DNA from: Armatimonadota bacterium
Lineage (GTDB): Bacteria; Armatimonadota; UBA5829; DTJY01
Length of the DNA: 64,000 nt
NCBI GenBank assembly: GCA_963663705.1
Contig: OY760504.1
Span: forward strand, 2,711,217-2,775,216
Reading direction: 5' to 3'
The translations under genes were made by a program, and so were the position numbers. This document shows positions 41,221-51,048 of the stretch, piece after piece; the first letter of the stretch is position 1, and every line of letters begins with the position of its first letter. The notes below the pieces were generated by a model, which saw nothing but the letters and a program-made list of their open reading frames with translations, searched no databases and was not told the DNA's origin.

Positions 41221-41340
41221 GTGCGCAGCATATGGCTCAGGAACGATCTTGAAACTTTCAAGAAAAGACTCGCAGCACTTTCCGCCAAAGTAGCCCAGGA
41301 GAACTACATTCTCACTGAAGATTGGACCGGCACTCTCAAA
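41221..41340 (+). pseudogene. Fragment of an IS481-like transposase, cut by the IS3 insertion
   Basis: It begins exactly at the IS3 end with GVRSIWLRNDLETFKKRLAALSAKVAQE. This continues the HTH region of the family represented at 11696..11902. Confidence 0.4.
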
Positions 41341-41344
41341 CGGA

Positions 41345-42490
41345 CACTTTATCAGGCAACTTTCACGGCATCGGCTTCAAACTCCACCGGGCTCTTGTAT
41401 CCAAGGTATGAGTGCATCCGTTGCCTGTTATAGAACACTTCTATAAAGTTGAAGATTTCCCTTCTTGCCTCATCTCGGGTAGTGAACTTCTTTCTGTATA
41501 TCAGTTCTTTTTTCAGGGTGCAGAAGAAGCTCTCTGCCACGGAATTGTCCCATGGATCTCCTTTCCTGCTCATAGAACACCTCATCTGGTGATTCTTAAG
41601 CAGTCTCTGATACTCCTTGCATGCATATTGGCCCCCTCGATCCGAATGGTGGATCAATCCTTCTTTCGGTCGCCGCGTTGTTACCGCCATTGCGAGCGCA
41701 TCCTGGGCGATCCTGCTCCTGAGACTTTTGCCCATAGACCAGCCGATTACCCGGCGTGAATACAGATCTATCACGCTCGAAAGAAACAGCCATCCTTCAT
41801 CTGTCCATATGTACGTGATATCGCTTACCCATACCTTGTTTGCGGCATCCACACGGAAGTCGCGCATCAGCAGGTTCGGATATACTTGGAATCTATGGTT
41901 TGAATCGGTTGTTATTCGGAAACGCCGCCGTCGCCTTGGGGCTATCCCAAGCTTACGCATAATCTTGCATATACGCCGCCTGCTGCAGTGTATGCATTCT
42001 CTTCGCATCTGTCGGCAAATTCTTCGGCTGCCGTACCTATCCCACTGTTTTTGAATATCGCAAGTACTTTGGAGCAAAGCATTTCTTCCTGTGCATCTTT
42101 TCGATTGGCAGCTATTGCCCATTGATAGTAGCCGCTTTTCGAAACTTTCAGCACTTTACACATGACGACGATATGGAACTGCTTGCTGTTTTGGCTGATG
42201 AACCGGTATCTCATCGCAGTTCCTTCGAGAAGATACCGATTGCTTTTTTTAGTATATCCCGCTCTTCAGTGACGCGGGCGAGCTTACGTCTCAGTCGAAT
42301 CAGTTCTTCGTGTTCGCTTGGCGCAATAGGCTTTTTGCCGTCCGGCCTTGTGCCGAACTCTCTCACCCATCGGCTCAGGACGTTCGGTGCGACCCCCAGT
42401 TCCCTGGCAATTTGGGATGTGCTCTGGTCACTTTGTTCTACAAGTCGGACCGATTCTGCTTTGAATTCATTTGTCTATTGTCTTTTTTTC
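41345..42490 (-). mobile_element. Second, different IS3-family element; degenerate (orfA start frameshifted, orfB split)
   Basis: orfB core 41352..42122 has DRGGQY and GDPWDNSVAESFFCTLKKE. The orfB N-terminal part (CKVLKVSKSGYYQW) is in another frame at 41942..42214. The orfA-like VEQSDQSTSQIARELGVAPNVLSRWVREFG lies at 42250-42455 and has no in-frame start. Confidence 0.7.
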
Positions 42491-42499
42491 ACTTGGTTT

Positions 42500-44003
42500 C
42501 CTCGCTCATATTATACGACTCTTTCCAAGTGTCCGTTTTAGGGGTTCCTTTCCAGAACTGACCGGTTTCCCTGGCGAGCCAAATCTTTTGTCGGTGGAAG
42601 GCCGGGTCATTTGCGATTCGTTGAGCCGTTCGGGAGATTTCTCATGCGCGGACAGCCTGGTCAATCAGATTTACCACAATATCTACTGGAGCGTCAGGGG
42701 TAACTACAGAAGCATACCGACAGATTGCCCTCAGAGAGATGAACGCCAGGGATGGTTTGGAGATAGATGCCAGGTATCCAGGGGGGAAATGTACCTTTTC
42801 GATACGGCGGCGATGCATACGAAATGGTTGAGAGACATAGAAGATTCTCAGCGTGAAGATGGTTCTCTTCCAGATCTGGCTCCGGCTTATTGGGCCATCT
42901 ACTCTGGCAGTATAACCTTCCCGGTTACCTTCGTGGCAATAGCGGGGCATCTGTATGATCTATATGGCGATACCCGCATCATTGAGACTCATTATCCTGC
43001 AATGAAAAAGTGGGTGGAGTCGATAAGTCTGAAAATGAAGGATTTCCTAATGCCGGATGACACCTATGGCGATTGGTGCGTTCCTCCGGAGTCTCTTGAC
43101 ATAATATGGTCAGAAGATCCGGAGCGAGTAACGGACAGGTCCTTGGTTTCTACCGCATATTTCTACAAAACCTTGAATTTGCTTTCTGGATATGCAAATA
43201 TTCTTGGAAAATCTGAAGACGCGGCGGAGTTCTCAGATTTGGCAGCAAAGGTCAAAGCCGCCTTTAACGGAAAGTATTTCAATAACGATGGGAATTTCTA
43301 CGGTAACAACAATACTCAGTCTTCAGGCATACTAACCTTGGCTTTTGGGCTTGTGAATGAGGAGCAGAAGCAAGCAGTTGTGGAAAATCTTGTAAGCAAT
43401 ATCCTGGTAAAGAATGAATGCCATATAGGCGCCGGTATGATGGGCGCTCAATGGATGATGCGCGCGCTCTCCGACAATGACAGGTCCGACATAGCTTGCA
43501 AGCTTCTATTCCAGACGACATATCCCGGCTGGGGATATATGCTTGGCGCAGGCGCGACCACCTTCTGGGAATTGTGGAATGGAGATAAGGGCGATCCGCT
43601 TATGAACTCCGGCAACCACGTTATGCAAATAGGCGACCTGTGCATTTGGTTGTACGAATACGTTGCAGGCATTGCGCCCGATAAATCAAAACCCGGTTTT
43701 AAACATATCATTATGAATCCCATAGCATTAGAGGAATTCAGTTCTGCAAAAGCTTCCCATAAATCCATGTATGGCAATATAACAAGCGAATGGAAGATCG
43801 TAAAGTCCTCTTTCGAGTGGGAAATCTGCATACCGGTGAATACATCGGCCACTGTCTATCTGCCAGCGAAAAATCCAGAATGCGTTGCCGAAAGCGGAAA
43901 CTCTTTAGCAGATGTGGAAGGCGTACGTTTTGTCGAAATGTCTGGAGACCGCAGTGTTCTTGAATTAGGCTCGGGTTGTTACTCATTCGTATCCGAATTT
44001 TAA
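42500..44003 (+). pseudogene. 5'-truncated GH78 alpha-L-rhamnosidase (C-terminal catalytic half only)
   Basis: The diagnostic SIPTDCPQRDERQGWFGD motif is present. Homology starts right at the IS3 boundary. The roughly 400-aa N-terminal part is absent. The ATG at 42471 is a spurious start. Confidence 0.7.
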
Positions 44004-44302
44004 TATAGACCTTGCCGGCGAATTGTCTGAATATTCTGCGATTTGCAGGCAATCATATGGAACCCCGCCCGCCTATGGGACGGCTTGCCCGGTCGGCAAC
44101 GTGAGTTCTTCTTACGCGGGAACTCTTCTGATCCACGCTGGATATGATCGCATACCAGTCGGCAATATTCAGAATCGCACCGTATCCATTAGGGATATAA
44201 GCATTATGCGGTCATACGGCCTTTGGAGTCGAAGGCCGGTAACCAAGCAAACTGTAATGGAATTTCATTTTGGCCGAAAAGCACACGATCTAAGATACTT
44301 CT

Positions 44303-45214
44303 CTACAGTTCGACCTTCAGCAGCCCTTCGAATGCCGGGTAGTTCTTCTTCACATGCAGTTCTTCCATCCACTTGCGCACGACTAGTGACAGCCATGGGC
44401 CTGTATTCACACCCTTGCCAGAATCGTTGTTCCACAGCCACTCGGGAGCAGGGGTAAGGCAGTACTTGGGGCTCACCGCCTTGTAAACATCTTGGAGCAC
44501 ACCGGTCTGTCCGTGGTGAGCCATCTGCACGTAATCAGATTTCAGGTATTTGGCATACGGACTTACTAAAAGCTTCTTACCACCCTCGACACCGAGGTCT
44601 CCGAGGAAGAGAACGGACTTCTTGCCTGCGATCATCTTCACGACAAGACTCGACTCGTTGTAGGCATTTCCGGTGAACTCAGGGTTCTTCGCACTGAGGA
44701 CCGTAAACCTTACACCGTCTACGACAAACTTCATGCCAGGCTGAACATCAGTGACCGGTATCCCTGATTTAGTAACGTTTGCGTAGAACTCTTCGGTGAA
44801 GGGCATGTATTCGGGCTCGACTTTCGTGTACCAGTCACGGTCGAAGATCGATTCGTAGATGCGGTCAATCTTGAGATCGTTCTGCGCTTTCAGGATATCG
44901 TTCAGAACCCCTGCGTGGTCGGGGTGCGGGTGGGTCACGATCCAAGCATCCACTCTGTTTCCCATCGCCGCTAGAAACCCGCGCAGGTAAAGTGCTTCCT
45001 GTGGGAAACCGCCGTCTACGACTACAATGCGGGCGTTTTCCGTGCGTATGACATACGACATAGATGGGCCCATTGGGCTGCTCTCCGGCAATTGCCACAT
45101 GGTTACCCCAGACTTTCCGCCGATTACCGGAGCACTGATAGCCAAAGATCCTAAGGAGGCTACGCAGGCTACAAACATGGCAACAAGCACTGCATATTTT
45201 GAAATCCGTCTCAT
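44303..45214 (-). CDS. Secreted MBL-fold metallo-hydrolase
   Basis: HxHxDH motif (THPHPDHAG). Signal peptide MRRISKYAVLVAMFVACVASLGSLAISA. Confidence 0.7.
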   Translation of the reverse strand: MRRISKYAVLVAMFVACVASLGSLAISAPVIGGKSGVTMWQLPESSPMGPSMSYVIRTENARIVVVDGGFPQEALYLRGFLAAMGNRVDAWIVTHPHPDHAGVLNDILKAQNDLKIDRIYESIFDRDWYTKVEPEYMPFTEEFYANVTKSGIPVTDVQPGMKFVVDGVRFTVLSAKNPEFTGNAYNESSLVVKMIAGKKSVLFLGDLGVEGGKKLLVSPYAKYLKSDYVQMAHHGQTGVLQDVYKAVSPKYCLTPAPEWLWNNDSGKGVNTGPWLSLVVRKWMEELHVKKNYPAFEGLLKVEL

Positions 45215-45325
45215 GTTTGTTCCTTCCACAAAGTCTCTACAGGCGCAAAGCATCTTTCTACAATTTTCTGATTCGTGTTTATAAGGCTCAGTTCTCATGG
45301 TGGGTCATATAACCCGCAAACACTG

Positions 45326-46159
45326 TTATTGTTTCATGCCGGTCATGGTCATGCCCTGGATAAACGTCTTTTGTGCGAAAAAGAAAATCACTATTATAGG
45401 GAGTACGAAGAGCGTCGACATAGCCATCAGCCGTCCGAAGTACGATCCGAATTGCCCCATGAACATCTGCAAGCCGAGCGTAAGAGGGTAGCGTGACTCG
45501 TCGAACAGGTATATCAACGGCTGCAGGAACTCGTTCCACATCCCCATGAACGTGAAGAGCCCAACCGTAGCGAGCGCCGGTTTTGCGAGCGGCAGCATAA
45601 TCAACCTGTATATCTGAAACTCGCTGCATCCGTCGAGCCTTGCGGCTTCGCTCAAGCCCTGTGGTATCGTCATAAAGAACTGCCGGAGCAGGAAGATGTA
45701 GAACGGAGTGCCGAAGAACGCAGGTACTATCATCGGCAGGTATGTGTCTACCCAACCCAGTTTTGTAAATATATTGAATAACGGCACCATAACTACCTGA
45801 TACGGAATAATCATCGTAGAGAGCAGTACCCAGAAGATCGGCTCCCGAGCCTTCCACTGTATTCGTGAAAGCCCGTAAGCGACTAGCGAACATGAGATCA
45901 GCGTCCCTATGACGGTCGGGATGCATATCAGCAGGGTGTTTGCGAGATACAGACCGAACGGTATGCTCTCGAGCCCCTTTTTGTAGTGTTCCATCGTAAC
46001 CGGATGAGGTACTATCTGCGGCGGCCAGATGTTTATGTTGGCATTGGTCTTGAAGGATGTCGACACCAGCCAGTAGAACGGTATCGCAAAGATAAGGCTC
46101 ATCAGTATGAGGGCTGTATATGAGCCGATTTTCGCGGAGAGGGACATCTTCCTGCCCAT
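45326..46159 (-). CDS. Carbohydrate ABC transporter permease (MalG-like)
   Basis: EAA loop GLSEAARLDGCSEFQIYRLIMLP; six TM-like hydrophobic stretches. Confidence 0.8.
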   Translation of the reverse strand: MGRKMSLSAKIGSYTALILMSLIFAIPFYWLVSTSFKTNANINIWPPQIVPHPVTMEHYKKGLESIPFGLYLANTLLICIPTVIGTLISCSLVAYGLSRIQWKAREPIFWVLLSTMIIPYQVVMVPLFNIFTKLGWVDTYLPMIVPAFFGTPFYIFLLRQFFMTIPQGLSEAARLDGCSEFQIYRLIMLPLAKPALATVGLFTFMGMWNEFLQPLIYLFDESRYPLTLGLQMFMGQFGSYFGRLMAMSTLFVLPIIVIFFFAQKTFIQGMTMTGMKQ

Positions 46160-47059
46160 TTAACTTCCCCCTTGATAGTAGATGTGTTTCGACGACGTCT
46201 TGAAGATGATGATAGTCGCGGCGAGCACCACCAGAAAGAGTAACCACGCCATCGCACAAGCATACCCCATTTTGAAGAAATGGAAGGCGTTCTGGAAGAG
46301 GTACATCGCATAAAAGAGAGTCGAGTTTGCAGGCGCTCCTGTCCCGGAGGTCATGACGTACGCTTGTGTGAAATACTGAAACGAACCGATGACTCCCATC
46401 ACGAATATAAAGAATATATGCGGGCTCATGAACGGAAGCGTTATGTGCCGCATCCGGCTGAACGAGGACGCACCGTCGAGTTCCGCCGCCTCGTAGAGCT
46501 CCTGAGGAACGTCCTGCAGCCCGGCAAGGAATATGATCATCGACGACCCGACACCCCAGGTGCTCATCAGTACAAGCGCCGGTTTCGCCCAGAGCGGGTC
46601 TGACATCCAGCCGGGGCCGCTGATATGTGCGAGGCGCAGCAGCCCGTTCAGTATCCCGTACTGCGGGTTCATCACCCACATCCAGAGCACCGAACTCGCG
46701 ACTATGGGTACGATGCTCGGCAGGTAGAATATCGTCCGAAAGAACGCGAGGCCTTTCACTCTCTGGTTGAGCAGGAGCGCGAGAAAAAAAGCCACTGCAA
46801 TCCCGAGCGGCACGGAGCCAATCGCATATATGAGAGTGTTCATGATCGACTTAACGATGAGTGGATCGTGAGTCATCTGCTTGTAGTTCGCCAGGCCGAT
46901 CCACGTAGGGGGCTTGAGCCCGGAGTAGTTGCAGAAGCTGTAGTAGATCGATATAGCTATCGGATAGACCATGAACACCAGCAAACCAATAATCGAAGGC
47001 ATGGTAAAAAGAAGTCCGTTTATCGTATTTCGGCGTTCGGTACTGGAGATCTTTGTCAT
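46160..47059 (-). CDS. Carbohydrate ABC transporter permease (MalF-like)
   Basis: EAA loop ELYEAAELDGASSFSRMRHITLPF. Confidence 0.8.
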   Translation of the reverse strand: MTKISSTERRNTINGLLFTMPSIIGLLVFMVYPIAISIYYSFCNYSGLKPPTWIGLANYKQMTHDPLIVKSIMNTLIYAIGSVPLGIAVAFFLALLLNQRVKGLAFFRTIFYLPSIVPIVASSVLWMWVMNPQYGILNGLLRLAHISGPGWMSDPLWAKPALVLMSTWGVGSSMIIFLAGLQDVPQELYEAAELDGASSFSRMRHITLPFMSPHIFFIFVMGVIGSFQYFTQAYVMTSGTGAPANSTLFYAMYLFQNAFHFFKMGYACAMAWLLFLVVLAATIIIFKTSSKHIYYQGGS

Positions 47060-47069
47060 TCTCTTCCTC

Positions 47070-48428
47070 TTATCGTCCGGAGAGCTTCAGGTCGAGTTCG
47101 TGCTGCGTCTCGACGGTAGCATCGTCTAGTGCCTGCTTCGGGGTCTTCAATCCATAGAGCGCAGCGCTCACTGCACGATCCAGCGCTCCGGTGTAGTATG
47201 CCTGAGCAGGCATCACCGGGCGCTGATGCTTGCATCGCTGCATTATCTCAATAAATCTAGCATATTTGGAGTTCGCATGGACCTCCGTGAAGTAGGGCGA
47301 TTTTCGGTAACCCGGAAGGATTGCCATAGATCGGCCTACAGTCGAAGTTCCCTTCGGGTCGGCGCACATCCAGCGGATGAACTCCCACCCGAGTTCCGGA
47401 TGCTTGCACCCCTTCGGCAGGGCAAGACACCACCCGCCAATCCAGGACGATCCCGTTTCGCCTCCCGCAGGACCAGGCACAAGCCCTAACCCGTAGTCGA
47501 GGTTCGGGGCGTAGATCTCGGCATCCTTTACGGAGCCCATCATATAGCAGGTCATAGCAACCTGCCCAATGCAGAACGGGTCTTTATCGAGAGTCCCGAA
47601 GCCCTGCTGCATGCTACTTACTTTCGTTACATCGTACTTCTTGGCGTAAGAGCACATCCAGGCCAACGCGCGGACGATCTTCGGATCGTTTGCGGTGATC
47701 TTGTGACGTTCCTCATCGTAGAAGCTCCCCACGAACGCCCAGCCCCACGTGTACAGCGAGTTAGCTAGTCCAGCTTGGTTCCACGGTATGATGGCCATCG
47801 ACTTCAGGTCGCTTGAATCTCTCCTAGTCAACCGATCGGATATGCGGTCGAGCTCTTCGATCGTCGCAGGCGGTTTATTCGGGTCAAGACCGGCTTTCCG
47901 AAACGATTCCTTGTTCCAGGCAAAAGCAAAGTTCGGATCAGCACAGAACGTTGCAGCCCAGGTGTGTCCGTTGTAGTTGCACTGCTTCCAGCAAGGTGGA
48001 AAATAGTCGTCGCTTGTTATGCCTTCCTTTGCCATGAAAGCATCAAGAGGTTGGATTGCGCCCTGTTCCGCCCACTCTGCTACCTGTGGGCCGTCTACAA
48101 AGGTAACATCCGGCGCTTTTCCCGCGGCTATCGCCGTAAAAAACTTCTGGCTGTTCGATGTGTCGTTTGGAGTAAAGACCAAACGTACCTTGATACCTGG
48201 ATGAGCGGCCTCAAAACCTCGAACCGCTTTCTCCAGGTTCTCTTTATACGTGCCGCCGAAGACCTGCCAGACCACTAGTTCGTTCGCTGGTGCTTCTCCT
48301 ATTCCAAGTAGCCGCGACGAAAGAAAGGATGATACCTCTGACCACCCAAACCGCAGAGTTATCATACTAAAAACGACTATTATGATGATCGGCCAGCAAT
48401 ATATCTTTGTTTTCATGAGCAACTCCAC
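47070..48428 (-). CDS. ABC transporter extracellular solute-binding protein (family 1, sugar)
   Basis: N-terminal hydrophobic anchor; 452 aa; sits upstream of the two permeases. Confidence 0.75.
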   Translation of the reverse strand: MELLMKTKIYCWPIIIIVVFSMITLRFGWSEVSSFLSSRLLGIGEAPANELVVWQVFGGTYKENLEKAVRGFEAAHPGIKVRLVFTPNDTSNSQKFFTAIAAGKAPDVTFVDGPQVAEWAEQGAIQPLDAFMAKEGITSDDYFPPCWKQCNYNGHTWAATFCADPNFAFAWNKESFRKAGLDPNKPPATIEELDRISDRLTRRDSSDLKSMAIIPWNQAGLANSLYTWGWAFVGSFYDEERHKITANDPKIVRALAWMCSYAKKYDVTKVSSMQQGFGTLDKDPFCIGQVAMTCYMMGSVKDAEIYAPNLDYGLGLVPGPAGGETGSSWIGGWCLALPKGCKHPELGWEFIRWMCADPKGTSTVGRSMAILPGYRKSPYFTEVHANSKYARFIEIMQRCKHQRPVMPAQAYYTGALDRAVSAALYGLKTPKQALDDATVETQHELDLKLSGR

Positions 48429-48601
48429 GAATTGAGCATAATCGCTATTTCACGCTGCCAAGTGAGTTGAAACGGTCCTCTGGTCAACCATCAAGGACAA
48501 AGATGGCTCACTTCTGCGCTGACACAACTGATCAGGTTGAAGGCAAATTCCAGACCGGCGCAAGCAGTATTGAGACATCGCCTTACGCACAGGAAGATGG
48601 G

Positions 48602-49351
48602 TTATAGCCAGCTTGCCAGTACAGCTGCGTCCTGAAGAAACATTGCAGGATCGTCATCTTTGACAAATTCTATCAAAGCAAAATGATCCTGGTCGTCGGA
48701 TACAAGTTCTGAGAGGTAAGTTTGCCATTCAGTCTGTCCTTCTCCAAGCATGAGGCGAGTGCAATCGTATTCCCAGGAGAAAACATGCACATTCGTAAGC
48801 CAGGGTAGAACTGTTCTCAAACCATCCAGACGGTATTCGAATCCCTTCCCGACCGGTGGCTGCCAGTATGCCTTGACGGCACGATGATCGATTGATGTCA
48901 ACAACCTTACAGCCGAAGCGTTTGTATCGGTCAGCGTATTTCCGTGGAATTCAAAGGAAACCGTGATACCCAGAGCCGCCGCCATATCTCCAATCCTGCG
49001 AGATTCGGCGACTATGGTATTCCAATACGCCTCATCTGCTTGGGCCGAACTCCGGTCTCCCGCCCAGACGCGTATGGTAGGAGCATTAAGCTCAGCCGCC
49101 GTCTCAAGCACAGCATCAAACGATATACTTGATTCGCTTCCCACACAATAGTAGGAGCCATAGGCTGCCACGCGAAGCCCGGCATGCTGGGTCATGAGGC
49201 CTACTTCACGCGCAGTATGTAAATCACCGTGCGGAACATGGATATCTCCACCCCACTCAATCGCCGACAATCCTGATGTTGAAACCAGATCCACTATTTC
49301 GGCTGATGATAGCTGTCGAAATGTTACCGAAACCAGGCCTGCTTTTACCAT
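48602..49351 (-). CDS. Sugar phosphate isomerase/epimerase (xylose-isomerase-like TIM barrel)
   Basis: Family pattern, 249 aa. Confidence 0.65.
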   Translation of the reverse strand: MVKAGLVSVTFRQLSSAEIVDLVSTSGLSAIEWGGDIHVPHGDLHTAREVGLMTQHAGLRVAAYGSYYCVGSESSISFDAVLETAAELNAPTIRVWAGDRSSAQADEAYWNTIVAESRRIGDMAAALGITVSFEFHGNTLTDTNASAVRLLTSIDHRAVKAYWQPPVGKGFEYRLDGLRTVLPWLTNVHVFSWEYDCTRLMLGEGQTEWQTYLSELVSDDQDHFALIEFVKDDDPAMFLQDAAVLASWL

Positions 49352-49366
49352 AATAGCTAATCACTC

Positions 49367-50359
49367 TCACGCAAGTATTTTTGACTTCTCTCTATCAATA
49401 GACCAGATTAGCTTCTTGCCGTTCAGGTAACGCTTCAATTCTTCCACCATATAGCGTCCCATGCGTCTGCACTCCGCACCTAGTGAACCTGCGATGTGTG
49501 GAGTGAGAACCACATTAGGCAGCGTATAGAGAAGCGAACCATCCGTCGGAGGCTCAGGCCATGTCACATCCAGCACGGCTACGATATCCTGACGATTCTT
49601 CAGTACCTCGATCATCTCTTCCTCACGAACCACGGCGCCTCTTGCTGTGTTTATAAAACTGGCATAGGGTTTCATGGATTCAAAATGTCGTCCTGAGATC
49701 ATTCCTTCCGTATCTTTAATCCACGGGGTGTGGACAGAGACAACATCAGATGTCTCGAAGACTTCGTCAAGTGAACCCAGCTTGGCCTTCGAATTCGGGA
49801 GATCTCTTTCGCTTGCATACGGATCGAATGCGATTATATTCACATCGAAGTTTGAGAGTAGTTCGCAAACACGACGGCCGATCATACCCAGTGAGAGAAT
49901 CCCTACGGTACTCCCATATGCTCCGGCAGTTTGAATCGAAATGGGGTACTTATGATCTCGTTTAATGGCAAGCATATGATGCCAGCCGCACTTAAGGCAA
50001 AAGAGAATCTGTGACAGCGCGAACTCGGCGACTGGCAAGGCGTTCGCAGCATAGGCACTCGTAATTACTACACCCCTGTTCCAGAACGCTTCAGAGACCA
50101 TATCCCGTATCGACCCTGCACCATAGAATACCGCCTTGAGGTTTGGGGCTGCGTTCAGAAACTCTTCGTCTATGGGCGGAGCACTCCATGTTGTGAAAAT
50201 AAGCTCCACATCTCGCAGAACCAAAGGATCTTTCTTGATAGAATAACTATTCTGAACTGGGGCGTAAATATCGACCAAGCTTTCTATTTCTTCTCTTTCA
50301 GCTTTTCCATACACGAGGTCAAATATATCGGAATTCATTATATAGAGGGCCTTAAGCAT
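49367..50359 (-). CDS. D-isomer-specific 2-hydroxyacid dehydrogenase family, NAD-binding
   Basis: GILSLGMIGRRV Rossmann motif; catalytic-domain pattern. Confidence 0.8.
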   Translation of the reverse strand: MLKALYIMNSDIFDLVYGKAEREEIESLVDIYAPVQNSYSIKKDPLVLRDVELIFTTWSAPPIDEEFLNAAPNLKAVFYGAGSIRDMVSEAFWNRGVVITSAYAANALPVAEFALSQILFCLKCGWHHMLAIKRDHKYPISIQTAGAYGSTVGILSLGMIGRRVCELLSNFDVNIIAFDPYASERDLPNSKAKLGSLDEVFETSDVVSVHTPWIKDTEGMISGRHFESMKPYASFINTARGAVVREEEMIEVLKNRQDIVAVLDVTWPEPPTDGSLLYTLPNVVLTPHIAGSLGAECRRMGRYMVEELKRYLNGKKLIWSIDREKSKILA

Positions 50360-50402
50360 AACATATCTCCTTGCAGTACTGCCAGGAATCTTTCTCTGGA
50401 GT

Positions 50403-51044
50403 CTATATTTGACTAACCTTGGCTGAATCTAGTAGAGACATAATTTCAACTGCTAATGTCCGTATGCTGGCGTAATCTTCACGGGCAATCGATTCTTTGG
50501 GAGCAAGATTTGTTCCTAAGCCAACAGCCATTGCTCCAGCCGCAAACCACTCCCTGATGTTATTTCTGTCTACTCCGCCGGTTGGCACTATATTGATTCC
50601 TGGGAACGGTCCACGGAGCGACTTCATATGCCCGATACATCCAGTAGAACCGGGGAACAACTTATAGACTTTCGTCTCAAGCCTCATCGCTTGGTAGACC
50701 TCTGTCGGAGTAAACACACCCGGCATCACCAGGATGTTGTTGTCATTCCCCCACGTCACTATCTCTGGAACTAAACACGGGCTTACGATATACTTCGCCC
50801 CAGCAGCTACTGCATCCTTTGCATCTTTGAGGTTAAGCACAGTTCCTGCCCCGATTACTATATCATCACAGCCTGCACACTTCTCGATAATTCTCAACGG
50901 GGCTTCGTTTGTGAATGTCACCTCTATAAGATTCACTCCACCGTCGATAAGTGCATCGACGGTTCGTATCACCTTTTCCGTCGAATTTCCTCGCAACACA
51001 GCGATTATTTTTCCATGCTTTATCAGTTTAATAATGTTTTCCAT
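50403..51044 (-). CDS. eda: KDPG / 4-hydroxy-2-oxoglutarate aldolase (Eda family)
   Basis: IIAVLRG ... GVNLIEVTF ... IGAGTVL ... SPGL-like blocks. The alternative start at 51077 would overlap the upstream gene. Confidence 0.75.
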   Translation of the reverse strand: MENIIKLIKHGKIIAVLRGNSTEKVIRTVDALIDGGVNLIEVTFTNEAPLRIIEKCAGCDDIVIGAGTVLNLKDAKDAVAAGAKYIVSPCLVPEIVTWGNDNNILVMPGVFTPTEVYQAMRLETKVYKLFPGSTGCIGHMKSLRGPFPGINIVPTGGVDRNNIREWFAAGAMAVGLGTNLAPKESIAREDYASIRTLAVEIMSLLDSAKVSQI

Positions 51045-51048
51045 AGTA

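Noticed and set aside
11696-41340. Idea that the transposase N-terminal fragment at 11696..11902 (ends GGVRSIG) and the fragment at 41221 (starts GVRSIWLR) are two halves of one gene separated by an inversion
   Set aside because: The 11.3-11.9 kb copy continues with its own degenerate downstream homology, so it is a separate decayed copy of the same IS family. The shared breakpoint is probably coincidental.
42471-42560. ATG start and hydrophobic N-terminus for the GH78 ORF
   Set aside because: Homology to GH78 begins mid-protein just after the IS3 boundary. The MSIVFFSLGF... leader is translated IS-flank sequence, not a signal peptide.
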